Source of the DNA: a bacterium
GTDB lineage: Bacteria > Hydrothermota > UBA3073 > JACQXS01 > JAGMCI01
Assembly: GCA_030018315.1 (NCBI GenBank)
Contig: JASEGA010000003.1
Location: forward strand, 7,246-71,245
Direction of reading: 5' to 3'
Length of the DNA stretch: 64,000 nucleotides
Shown in pieces: positions 8,989 through 17,926 of the stretch. A program made the position numbers and the translations under genes. Each line of letters starts with the position of its first letter. The stretch's first letter is position 1. Under the pieces are notes generated by a model. The model was not told the DNA's origin. It was given only the letters and a program-made list of their open reading frames with translations, and searched no databases.

Positions 8989-10281
8989 TCAATGCTTATG
9001 TTTCTTAAGTGCTTCTTCTACCAATTTTATAGCACAGTATTTGCCACACATTGTACAGACATCAGGCTCCTTTGGGCTACGTTCTTTACGCACTTTGCGT
9101 AAGAACTCAGGGTCTATTGCAAGCTCTATTTGCTTCTTCCAGTCGAGCTTTTTCCTTGCCTTAGACATTTTGAGGTCCCATTCCATAGCTCCTTTTACTC
9201 CCTTCACAATATCACCTGCATGGCCGGCAATCCTCGTTGCTATCACACCACGCCTTACTTCATCAAGTATAGGCAGTCCAGCATGCTCAGCCGGTGTCAC
9301 ATAGCATAGAAAATCTGCCCCTGCAGCTGCTGCTATTGCACCACCTATTGCTGATGTTATCTCATCGTATCCGGGTGCTATATCTGTGACTACTGGACCC
9401 AGAACATAAAATGGGGCATTGTGACATAACTTTTTTTCAAGTAATACATTTGATTCAACTTCGTTGATAGGAATATGGCCAGGTCCCTCTATCATGACTT
9501 GTACTCCTTTGGAGTTAGCTCTCTCTTTAAGTTCACCAAGTGTAACCAGTTCATGAATTTGAGTTCTATCAGTAGAGTCAGCAATTGAACCCGGTCTAAA
9601 CCCATCCCCAAGCGATAAAGTGAGGTCATACTTGTATGCAATATTAAGCAATCTATCAAAATATTCGTAAAGTGGATTCTCTTTATTATTTGCCAGCATC
9701 CATGTTAATAGGAATGCACCTCCTCTTGAGACCACATCCATAACCCTGCCCTCATACTTTAGCTTCTCAAATGCAGATAGAGTAACACCACAGTGGACGG
9801 TAACGAAGTCAACTCCATCTCTTGCATGTCGTTCTATGGTATCAAATATATCATCCGGTGTCATAAATATTATTCCACCTTTCTTTTGGGCTGTCTCAAT
9901 AGCTGCTTCATATATAGGGACTGTACCAAGTGGTCCTTTGAAACTTTTTCTTATAAGTCTCCTGAATTCTTTAAGGTCGCCACCAGTTGACAAATCCATA
10001 ATTGTATCGGCACCCGCTTCCTCCGATATTTTTGCCTTCAGTTCTTCAAGCTTAAGGTCTGCACAATCTGGTGAGCTACCAATATTTGCGTTTACTTTTG
10101 TTCGTAACCCCTTGCCTATCCCGACAGGACGCGCTAATTGGTAGTTTGAATTACATGGGATAACAATTTCACCATTAGCTACACCATGAATTATCGCCTC
10201 TTTTGTAACACTCTCATCGAGTGCCACCTTTTCCATCTCAGGTGTAGTCTTACCAAGTCTTGCATGTTCAAATTGAGTCAT
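8989..10281 (-). CDS. thiC: Phosphomethylpyrimidine synthase ThiC
   Basis: Conserved ThiC core and C-terminal CTMCGKYC motif. Probable true start is MTQFEHARLG at 10281. Confidence 0.9.
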   Translation of the reverse strand: MTQFEHARLGKTTPEMEKVALDESVTKEAIIHGVANGEIVIPCNSNYQLARPVGIGKGLRTKVNANIGSSPDCADLKLEELKAKISEEAGADTIMDLSTGGDLKEFRRLIRKSFKGPLGTVPIYEAAIETAQKKGGIIFMTPDDIFDTIERHARDGVDFVTVHCGVTLSAFEKLKYEGRVMDVVSRGGAFLLTWMLANNKENPLYEYFDRLLNIAYKYDLTLSLGDGFRPGSIADSTDRTQIHELVTLGELKERANSKGVQVMIEGPGHIPINEVESNVLLEKKLCHNAPFYVLGPVVTDIAPGYDEITSAIGGAIAAAAGADFLCYVTPAEHAGLPILDEVRRGVIATRIAGHAGDIVKGVKGAMEWDLKMSKARKKLDWKKQIELAIDPEFLRKVRKERSPKEPDVCTMCGKYCAIKLVEEALKKHKH

Positions 10282-10288
10282 AATTAAA

Positions 10289-10909
10289 TTATAAATGAAA
10301 AAGTTGCATCCAAATACCAGATATAATGGGGACAGACAGATTATCGTCAATTTTAATTGAGATTAATTCAACTAAAGTAGCAACTACTGCACCGATAAAT
10401 ATGATTGTCAAATTAAGTGATACTCTTGGTGAATTTAATAGAATAAGTCCAATTATAAGGCAAGCAATAAAGAATGCTAAACTGCCTTCAACACTTTTTT
10501 TGCCACCAAAAAATTTAGTTCTACCATATTTCACTCCTACAATCCCTGATGCAGCATCTCCAAATGCATTAAAAAGTAAAGCAGCGATAGCAATACCACT
10601 GCTGAAGAAAACAATAGGAATAAGTGAACCTATCAGAAAACAAGACTCACCAAGAATCTTACCGGGCTGTTTCTTGAAAATCTTACCATACCACCTTGAT
10701 GTTATGTAGGGCCAGAGACCTGGGTGTTTGTGGCGTTCTACTTCAAGAATGATTATAAGGATAAGGAAAAAGATAATTATACCTATAGGAATAAATTTGA
10801 CACCCGGAAATTTACCCATAGGGATAGGGTTTCGTGAGACAAAGTAATAGACAACCGGAAATATGCAGCCCATCACTAATCTATACCCTTTTCTTATCAA
10901 AATAGACAT
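10289..10909 (-). CDS. CTP-dependent membrane phosphotransferase, CdsA/dolichol-kinase family
   Basis: Multi-TM protein with the C-terminal FGDAASGIVGVKYGRTKF...KSVEGS family signature. Confidence 0.55.
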   Translation of the reverse strand: MSILIRKGYRLVMGCIFPVVYYFVSRNPIPMGKFPGVKFIPIGIIIFFLILIIILEVERHKHPGLWPYITSRWYGKIFKKQPGKILGESCFLIGSLIPIVFFSSGIAIAALLFNAFGDAASGIVGVKYGRTKFFGGKKSVEGSLAFFIACLIIGLILLNSPRVSLNLTIIFIGAVVATLVELISIKIDDNLSVPIISGIWMQLFHL

Positions 10910-11541
10910 TATAAACTATTAGGCTTAAGTTTTCTCTTTTCTTGCATTTCCTTAATTGTTGGTATATTAGCAATTATAGCCACAATTAAAAATACAATGA
11001 TAAATGGAGTAAGCCATATTCTTTGGGCCCAGTATATCCACACTATTAAGCTAAACACAACTGCAAATGTGGTTATTATCACCTTCGGGTCTCGTGGTTT
11101 CCTTTGAACAAAAAAATAAGCAGCTACGGCAATAGGTAATATCTTGGGTATAAGGTAAAAGAATACACCACCAGAAGTAGATACTCCTCTCCCTCCTTTA
11201 AATTTATTGAAGAGCGGCCAACAGTGGCCACAAAATGCAGCTATCCCAGTAAGACCTACAAAAAATGAGTGTAGGGGCGAGGTAACCTCGCCCCTACTAA
11301 TTATAATCCATCTCCCTGTGAGCATTTTTGCACTTATAAGCATAGCAATAGCACCCTTAGCAGTATCAAGTAACCACACAAGAACTCCATAGGGCTTACC
11401 AACTTCACGAAGCACATTGGCAGCACCAGGATTTTTTGTCCCCACCTCCATGATATTAATTCCTTTTACAAGTTTACTTATGGGTATCGCAAATAGAATT
11501 GACCCAATAATATACCCAATTATAATGCTCAAAAATTCCAT
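10909..11541 (-). CDS. plsY: Glycerol-3-phosphate acyltransferase PlsY with in-frame palindromic insertion
   Basis: GTKNPGAANVLR motif. Element B at 11271-11297 encodes SRGEVTSPL. Confidence 0.85.
   Translation of the reverse strand: MEFLSIIIGYIIGSILFAIPISKLVKGINIMEVGTKNPGAANVLREVGKPYGVLVWLLDTAKGAIAMLISAKMLTGRWIIISRGEVTSPLHSFFVGLTGIAAFCGHCWPLFNKFKGGRGVSTSGGVFFYLIPKILPIAVAAYFFVQRKPRDPKVIITTFAVVFSLIVWIYWAQRIWLTPFIIVFLIVAIIANIPTIKEMQEKRKLKPNSL
11271..11297. repeat. Palindromic element B (GTAGGGGCGAGGTAACCTCGCCCCTAC) inside plsY
   Basis: 13-bp arms around a single central base. Shares GTAGGGG/CCCCTAC termini with element A. Confidence 0.8.
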
Positions 11542-11622
11542 CTAAAAAGCAAATGTAACAAGTGACAGCGAATAAGACGAATACTTTTCCGTAGGATTCT
11601 GCGAAAATCTCATTCCACCTAT

Positions 11623-12087
11623 TTATTTTTCTGCTTTGGGTAACATTCCCTCTGGAGACGGCTGACTCTTGGATTCGTGACTACGGGGTGTGAAAATAGG
11701 AGTAGTTGACTTTATTAGCTGTTTAGCTTCTGTAGCCGCCTTTTCACTCGAGGTATCGCCTCTCATTTTGCAGTTACCATCAAATATTACCCCTTCTTCT
11801 ATTACAAGTTGTTTACATCTCATATCTCCTATGAGGATTGAGCCAGATTTAAACTCAAGCCTCCCATTTGCAAAGAGGTTGCCATTTATTTTACCACCTA
11901 TTAAGCCATCTTTTGTATGTATTTCGCCATTGACTATGCCAGATTTACCTATGATGATGGACTCTGTAATCTCTATGTTGCCATCAACTATACCATCTAT
12001 ATGAATGCTGCCCTCCACTTTTAGCTTCCCGTTAATTGAAGTCCCCTTGCCTATAATATTTGTGATTACAGCTTTTGGTTCCCTCAT
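11623..12087 (-). CDS. Bactofilin (DUF583 polymer-forming cytoskeletal protein)
   Basis: Repetitive beta-helical G-rich motifs (IDGIVDGNI, IIGKSGIVNGEI). Confidence 0.8.
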   Translation of the reverse strand: MREPKAVITNIIGKGTSINGKLKVEGSIHIDGIVDGNIEITESIIIGKSGIVNGEIHTKDGLIGGKINGNLFANGRLEFKSGSILIGDMRCKQLVIEEGVIFDGNCKMRGDTSSEKAATEAKQLIKSTTPIFTPRSHESKSQPSPEGMLPKAEK

Positions 12088-12095
12088 ACGACCTC

Positions 12096-12929
12096 CTATT
12101 TAATTAAATAACGCTCAGGGTTCTGAGGTACCCTATTTAACTGCACCTCATAATGAAGATGAGGTGCAAAACTCTTCCCCGTTGTCCCCACAAATCCTAT
12201 TAAGTCACCACGGCTAATCTTACTACTATTTTCTACATTTACTCTTGCAAGATGTCCATATACTGTAGTAAATCCATTATCATTTGTAACCTCAACTAAA
12301 TTACCAAGCGATTCATCAAACCCAACAAATTCAACAACTCCATCCATTGTTGCAAATACTGGAGTCCCAAATGGAGCAGCAAAATCAATGCCAGGATGTT
12401 CAGGTGAAAATCTCCTTGTTATCCACCCCTTCACAGGATAAATTGACGGGATTAACCTTTGCTCTTTTGCAGCTTCTTCAAGAATAGTTTTAACTTCATC
12501 ATCCGCCTCAGATGAAGGGTTTGAATACAATTCCTGCCTATTAGCAGAGGGGTCTAACGTAAATTGGGCTGTTAGTCTTTCCTCAGTTAAGTTTTGAGTT
12601 GTTTCAGTATGCTCAATACCAAGCATATTTGCTATTTTAACAGTCTTAAGTTTGAACTCGTTAAACTCACGCTCAAATGCAATTAGTTTCTCATACTCTT
12701 TACGAAGTTTTTGGTTCTCATCCTTTAAAGCTTTTATTTCCAAACTCTTCTTGAGTATATTCCCATATTCAAAAATTAGCCACCCCGCACCACCAAATAT
12801 ACAAATAAATATACCACATAATATCCAAGCAACAAGCTGTGAAATCGTATAAGTTTTTGTCCTGCCACCAGAACTTGAAACTATAAGAATAGAAAATCGC
12901 CTACGCATCCGGAACTCCAGGTGGGCCAC
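12096..12929 (-). CDS. M23 (LytM) family metallopeptidase with N-terminal TM and coiled coil
   Basis: HxGxDF...GTTGKSFAPHLHYE motif set. Confidence 0.85.
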   Translation of the reverse strand: MAHLEFRMRRRFSILIVSSSGGRTKTYTISQLVAWILCGIFICIFGGAGWLIFEYGNILKKSLEIKALKDENQKLRKEYEKLIAFEREFNEFKLKTVKIANMLGIEHTETTQNLTEERLTAQFTLDPSANRQELYSNPSSEADDEVKTILEEAAKEQRLIPSIYPVKGWITRRFSPEHPGIDFAAPFGTPVFATMDGVVEFVGFDESLGNLVEVTNDNGFTTVYGHLARVNVENSSKISRGDLIGFVGTTGKSFAPHLHYEVQLNRVPQNPERYLIK

Positions 12930-13803
12930 GCATACACTCTGATAGGTTAACCAGCTTTTTTACATAATTAATTAACCTACCATTTGTACCCAATTCTTTT
13001 GCTATTTCACTTTCTTTTAACCCACCATTAAGCCCAACTAATATAAGGTCAAGCTTTTCATAACTTAACCCAAGTGCCAATTCATCTTCTATTCCAGGGA
13101 TAAGGTCAGGGACTGAAGGCTTCTCAATAACTAATTTAGGCACTCCTATAAATTCTGAAAGCCTTCTAATCTGTGTCTTGTAAAGATTTAAGATTGGCAT
13201 AATATCAGCTGCACTATCCCCATATTTAACAAAAAAACCTGTAAGGTTTTCTGTCCGATTTGCAGTCCCCATAACCAAGTAGTTTAATTGTTCACCATAA
13301 TAATAGAGGTAAACCATCCTTACCCTATGCTTTATTCTATAGTATGCTTGAATTTTACGTTGCCAATTGAACTTCGTTCCTTTTAACCCTCCTATAAATG
13401 GGGAGAAACTCTTTGGAAAAAGTGAATACCCAAATTTTACTAATTTAGCTACTTTATCACGTTTTGAGAAAGTATCTTTAGGAATGATATCGTATATCCC
13501 AAAAGCATCAAGCACAGGTGTTATATCAATAGTCTTTGTGCGTATCCCATAAGTTTGGGCAACAAGTTTAGCATCCTCTTCACTCTTTGGGTCGCTATCC
13601 TGGTCCGGCATAATAAGTCCAAATACATTTGAAGCACCAAGTGCCATCACCGAAAGCCCACAAACACAAGCTGAATCAATTCCACCAGAAAGCCCAATGA
13701 TAGCACCATTTGTTTGAAATCTGTTAGCACTCTCTTTCATAAATGAGGATATCTTATACGCAGCATATTCTGGGTCAAAATCAATTTGCTCCCTTAATCC
13801 CAT
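12901..13803 (-). CDS. nadE: NH3-dependent NAD+ synthetase
   Basis: GLSGGIDSA PP-loop motif. Confidence 0.85.
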   Translation of the reverse strand: MGLREQIDFDPEYAAYKISSFMKESANRFQTNGAIIGLSGGIDSACVCGLSVMALGASNVFGLIMPDQDSDPKSEEDAKLVAQTYGIRTKTIDITPVLDAFGIYDIIPKDTFSKRDKVAKLVKFGYSLFPKSFSPFIGGLKGTKFNWQRKIQAYYRIKHRVRMVYLYYYGEQLNYLVMGTANRTENLTGFFVKYGDSAADIMPILNLYKTQIRRLSEFIGVPKLVIEKPSVPDLIPGIEDELALGLSYEKLDLILVGLNGGLKESEIAKELGTNGRLINYVKKLVNLSECMRGPPGVPDA

Positions 13804-13844
13804 TATTTTATAATCATTGAGATAGACTGAATATCCATGATTAT

Positions 13845-13886
13845 CTGTCTACATCAATGACATATTCACTTCAGTTTACATCAATG
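13845..13886. repeat. Two tandem copies of the short motif YCAGTYTACATCAATG, with a reverse copy at 13815-13830
   Basis: The same 15-16 nt motif recurs at 4455-4470, 4489-4505, 8980-8994, 26063-26077 and 28432-28447. Confidence 0.6.
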
Positions 13887-13928
13887 CCATAAATTGTCAA
13901 GAAAATAAAAAACGCCACTCCTTTTAGA

Positions 13929-14669
13929 CTAATGTCTCATTGCGAGGATGAGTGCGATCGCCACTATCGCTGCTGTCTCTGTACGTAGCCTCCTTTTACC
14001 AAGTGATACTGGAATTACATTGTCCATTTTAGCAAGTCCTATCTCTTCTTCTGTAAACCCGCCTTCAGGTCCAATAAAGATTGCAATGCTATTTTCTTCT
14101 TTGCCGCTCCGGATGCGGCGCTTAATTACATCCTTTATATGAGTTATATTTTCCTTCTCATGTGCGATAAGTGATAAATCAAATTGGGTTAAGTTCTTTA
14201 CGGCTTCATCAAAGCTTATTATTCTATCTATTACTGGCAAAATTGTCCCCTTGGATTGCTTCATTGCACTTATTGCAATTTTATTCCAGCGACTTAGCTT
14301 TAATTTTTCACTCTTTGGTATAGATACGGAGTGTATTGTAGTTATAGGCACTATTCTGTAGATTCCTAATTCAGTTGTCTTTTCTACAATTATATCCATT
14401 CTTCTACCTTTTGGGATTGCTTGAAATAAAGTTACCTTGCATCGCGGGTCACAGCAGCCTTCTTTTTTATCTAATATAGAACAAATTATATCATTCTCCT
14501 TATAATCTTTTATAGCCACGATATACTCAAAGCCTACACCATCTACTACTTTTATCTTATCCCCTATCCTATAGCGTAACACATTTTTTATATGATGCGA
14601 TTCCTCATCAGATATTATCAAATGGGCGGCAAAAATATTTTGAGGCGGTGTATAAAAGTAATAATCCAT
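13929..14669 (-). CDS. rsmE: 16S rRNA (uracil1498-N3)-methyltransferase RsmE
   Basis: 246 aa with the PUA-like N-domain and C-terminal SPOUT motif (FIGPEGGFTEEE). Confidence 0.8.
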   Translation of the reverse strand: MDYYFYTPPQNIFAAHLIISDEESHHIKNVLRYRIGDKIKVVDGVGFEYIVAIKDYKENDIICSILDKKEGCCDPRCKVTLFQAIPKGRRMDIIVEKTTELGIYRIVPITTIHSVSIPKSEKLKLSRWNKIAISAMKQSKGTILPVIDRIISFDEAVKNLTQFDLSLIAHEKENITHIKDVIKRRIRSGKEENSIAIFIGPEGGFTEEEIGLAKMDNVIPVSLGKRRLRTETAAIVAIALILAMRH

Positions 14670-14699
14670 CCTGTTAGACTCTTAGACTTTTAGACTGTT

Positions 14700-15323
14700 T
14701 TAGTAGCCCCATATTTCATGCAGGTAAGTTGACCTCCTGCATCTCGGGCATAGTAATCTAAGATGACCTGACCTGTAAGGGGACACTTTCAGGTGAGATG
14801 GAGGAGCTTCCCCGATAAATCGGGGTTCAATTGTACCTAATTCTTTGCTTAGTATAAGCCATAGAGTTGGGTTATCATATGCCAACTCCCCTAACTTTTT
14901 AGCAATCCATTTGAGCTGTGTTTTTGGAGCTATGACCTCACCACACTCATCGCATAAAATAAGCTCAAACTCAGTTTTAGTTTCATACCCATCTTTTGTA
15001 AGCTGTGCAATGTCATATTCCTGAGTATGCTTAAGTGCATCAGTCGGACAGTAGTCAACACATTGACCACAATAAATGCAACGTTCCTGATGGTAGATTA
15101 GCGTACGTATTCTTTTATCTTTATCATCCTGTACTTCTCTTGCCTTTGATGGACAAACTTCAACACAGGCACTACAACCAATACACTTTACCTCATCAAT
15201 TGCCATTATGCCCCTAAACTTAGCGGCTGCCGGTGAAGGTGCATATGGAAATTTAACAGTATAGGGTCCTTTGACAAGCGCCCTTATCGCCTCACCTAAT
15301 TCCCTAATTTTAGGTCTTTTCAT
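14700..15323 (-). CDS. 2x[4Fe-4S] ferredoxin subunit (NuoI/EchF/HycF-like) with Cys-rich C-terminal extension
   Basis: CIGCSACVEVCP and CIYCGQCVDYCP motifs plus extra CDECGE...CPRCRR. Confidence 0.75.
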   Translation of the reverse strand: MKRPKIRELGEAIRALVKGPYTVKFPYAPSPAAAKFRGIMAIDEVKCIGCSACVEVCPSKAREVQDDKDKRIRTLIYHQERCIYCGQCVDYCPTDALKHTQEYDIAQLTKDGYETKTEFELILCDECGEVIAPKTQLKWIAKKLGELAYDNPTLWLILSKELGTIEPRFIGEAPPSHLKVSPYRSGHLRLLCPRCRRSTYLHEIWGY

Positions 15324-15339
15324 ATCACTCTTTACACAC

Positions 15340-16521
15340 TCAGACTTTTAGACTGTTTTTCCTCTTTAATTCTTCTGTTTTTTCCCATGATAGCTTTAAT
15401 AGCTCCTTGCCTGATAATTTTTTCCCTTTATAATAAGCAGTAGCCATCCGTTCTGTACAACAATAACATGGGTCAACTGATGCAAGCACCAATACAGCGT
15501 CTGAAATAGTATAGCCTTTGACAGCTACCTCATTAGATGGCACATTCATATAACTTGGGGCACGTACCTTATATCTAACTGGTATATTTGAACCATCTGA
15601 ACGTACATAATGAAATACCTCCCCTCTCGGCGCCTCTGCCCTGCCAATCCCTTCACCAGGAGGTATGTCTTCAACTCTTGTTTGTATCTCACCATGGGGC
15701 ATCCTTTTCAAGCATTCTCTTATTATCTTTATGGATTCAATGCATTCCAAAAGTCTGACCTTTGCCTTAGCAAGTAAATCGCCTTCTTCAAACACTATAA
15801 TATTCCATGGAATAAGGTCATAAGCTGCATATGGGTCATCTTTACGTACATCAATGGCAAGCCCAGAACCACGCGCTGTAGGACCTACAGCTCCGTATCT
15901 GATAGCCTCCTCTTTGGTTAGGACTCCTACTCCTTCAAGCCTACCTGCTATTACAGGGTCATCCAGAATAGCCTTTATAAACATATCAGTCTTAGATTCA
16001 AGCAGGTTCATAACCTTATCAATCTCCTGCATATCTTTATCCTCAATATCACGCCTTACCCCTCCTACTTTCATCATCGCATAATGGTTACGGTTACCTG
16101 TAATTAATTCAAACAGCTGTAGAATAGGCTCACGATAGCGCCAAAACCACATCCATACAGTATTGTAGCCCATAAAGTGGCCAGCCAAACCTACCCATAA
16201 GAAATGTGAATGAATACGCTCAAGTTCAGCAATTATTGTGCGTATATATTTAGCACGCTCAGGTATCTCAATATGGGCTAGGTCTTCTACTGCCTGAACA
16301 CATGCAATAGGATGAGAATTTGAACATATACCACATATCCTTTCTACAAGGAATGGGATTTGTTCATATGTCATCTTCTGTGCTAGGTATTCATGACCAC
16401 GATGATTGTATCCTATGTTTATCTCCAGTCCAGTTACTTTTTCACCTTCAACCTCAAGTTTGAAGAATTCAGGCTCATCTTGGAGTGGGTGATACGGACC
16501 TACAGGTATAATAGTCTTCAT
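15340..16521 (-). CDS. [NiFe] hydrogenase large subunit, group 4 (energy-converting type, NuoD-like)
   Basis: N-terminal RICGICSNSH (RxCGxCxxxH) and C-terminal DPCYCCTER (DPCxxCxxR) Ni-binding motifs. Confidence 0.85.
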   Translation of the reverse strand: MKTIIPVGPYHPLQDEPEFFKLEVEGEKVTGLEINIGYNHRGHEYLAQKMTYEQIPFLVERICGICSNSHPIACVQAVEDLAHIEIPERAKYIRTIIAELERIHSHFLWVGLAGHFMGYNTVWMWFWRYREPILQLFELITGNRNHYAMMKVGGVRRDIEDKDMQEIDKVMNLLESKTDMFIKAILDDPVIAGRLEGVGVLTKEEAIRYGAVGPTARGSGLAIDVRKDDPYAAYDLIPWNIIVFEEGDLLAKAKVRLLECIESIKIIRECLKRMPHGEIQTRVEDIPPGEGIGRAEAPRGEVFHYVRSDGSNIPVRYKVRAPSYMNVPSNEVAVKGYTISDAVLVLASVDPCYCCTERMATAYYKGKKLSGKELLKLSWEKTEELKRKNSLKV

Positions 16522-16946
16522 TCTCCTCTCCTCAACGGATATCTGCTACTTTGCCACTCTTCTGCAGTCAGTAACGGTTTCAAATTAGGATGACCTTCAA
16601 AATTGACCCCCAATAGCTCATGTATTTCACGCTCAATCCAATTAGCAGCCGGTAAGAATGTAGCAAGTGAGTCTATTTTTAACTCATCCTTTGGAACAAT
16701 TACACGTATCGAATAAATAACTCCAAAGGAATCAAGTGAAAAGTGGTACAAAAGCTCAACCCCCCTCCTTGTATCAGTTCCAGTTACTGTAGATAGGCGC
16801 ATCCCCTTTTCTTCATACAAAAAATGAGCCATATCAGTAATTTTCTTCCTATCAATCTCAATATAAACACGCCTGGGAGAATGGGGAAGCCAACTCAAGA
16901 CTTCAAATTTTCCTCTAATTTCCTTTTCTAACTCATCCATTATCAT
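16518..16946 (-). CDS. NuoC/EchD-like 30-kDa-type subunit
   Basis: Conserved NuoC fold motifs. 4-bp overlap with the large subunit gene. Confidence 0.7.
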   Translation of the reverse strand: MIMDELEKEIRGKFEVLSWLPHSPRRVYIEIDRKKITDMAHFLYEEKGMRLSTVTGTDTRRGVELLYHFSLDSFGVIYSIRVIVPKDELKIDSLATFLPAANWIEREIHELLGVNFEGHPNLKPLLTAEEWQSSRYPLRRGE

Positions 16947-16988
16947 TTAGACTTTTAGACTCTTAGACTTTTAGACTGTTTTTCCACT

Positions 16989-17393
16989 TCATAACTTACT
17001 CAACACTTTGACAATACCCATGATTATAGCCTCAGGTTTAGGTGGACATCCCGGAATATATGCGGCTACTGGCAAGTATTTGTCATATGGACCTACTATA
17101 TTATACGAACCACAAAATATACCACCAGAACAGGCGCAACTGCCAACTGCAATCACTAAACAAGGTTTAGGTGTTTGTTCGTAAATCCTTAAAACTCTCT
17201 CTTTTGCCTTTAGGTTAAGTGCCCCTACTACAAGCAACACATCTGCATGACGAGCTGAGCCAACAAGTCTTATCCCAAAACGCTCAAGGTCATATCTTGG
17301 AGTCAGTGCATCAAGTATCTCAATATCACAATTGTTGCATGAACCACTTGATACATGGAATACCCATATCGACTTCTTTAAAGCCCAGCTCAT
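16989..17393 (-). CDS. Hydrogenase small subunit, NuoB-like
   Basis: CNNCDIE, GSCACSGG and PGCPP cluster-binding motifs. Confidence 0.8.
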   Translation of the reverse strand: MSWALKKSIWVFHVSSGSCNNCDIEILDALTPRYDLERFGIRLVGSARHADVLLVVGALNLKAKERVLRIYEQTPKPCLVIAVGSCACSGGIFCGSYNIVGPYDKYLPVAAYIPGCPPKPEAIIMGIVKVLSKL

Positions 17394-17857
17394 CTTCTCC
17401 TCAAGAACGGGAGACGAGACACAAATTTTCTCCCAACCTCAATTTTTTCAATCTCCTCATCAGTCAAAAATTTCAATGCACCAGAGACACAGGTTGCAAC
17501 ACACCTAGGCCCATCTTCTCTATCTTTACATAGGTCGCACTTTTGTGCCAAGTGTCGTATAAGTGGTGAATCTAATACTCCGAACGGGCATGCATATATA
17601 CAAGAACCGCATCCTATACAAAGGAAGCTGGCACGCCTCACAATACCAGTTTTATCATCTTTTGTAATTGCTTCTTGAGGACAAGCTTTTGCACACAATG
17701 GGTCTTCACAGTGACGACAAGCTAAAGGGAGATAAGCCATAGTCTCTATCTCACTTATCCCAATACGACCTTCGCCTTTAAATGCTGACTGGCATGCTGC
17801 TACACAACTACGGCACCCAACACAATAGTCTAAATCAAGTACTATCCTTTTTTGCAT
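17390..17857 (-). CDS. Polyferredoxin, four [4Fe-4S] motifs (HycB-like electron transfer subunit)
   Basis: CVGCRSC..., CRHCEDPLC, CIGCGSCIYACP and CDLCKDRE. Confidence 0.75.
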   Translation of the reverse strand: MQKRIVLDLDYCVGCRSCVAACQSAFKGEGRIGISEIETMAYLPLACRHCEDPLCAKACPQEAITKDDKTGIVRRASFLCIGCGSCIYACPFGVLDSPLIRHLAQKCDLCKDREDGPRCVATCVSGALKFLTDEEIEKIEVGRKFVSRLPFLRRR

Positions 17858-17891
17858 AACTCAACCGCAAATGCACGCAGATAGACGCAAA

Positions 17892-17925
17892 TTTGTAATC
17901 TGTAATTTGTAATCTGTAATCTATG
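17892..17925. repeat. Tandem heptamer microsatellite (TGTAATC)n, intergenic
   Basis: TTTGTAATCTGTAATTTGTAATCTGTAATC. The same heptamer array appears inside the hdrA-like CDS at 62294-62326. Confidence 0.7.
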
Positions 17926-17926
17926 T

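Noticed and set aside
5195-12004. Numerous 60-140 aa ORFs antisense to rarA, thiC, the hydrogenase genes, the T9SS gene and others
   Set aside because: All are embedded antisense in long conserved genes. None shows an RBS or a recognisable domain.
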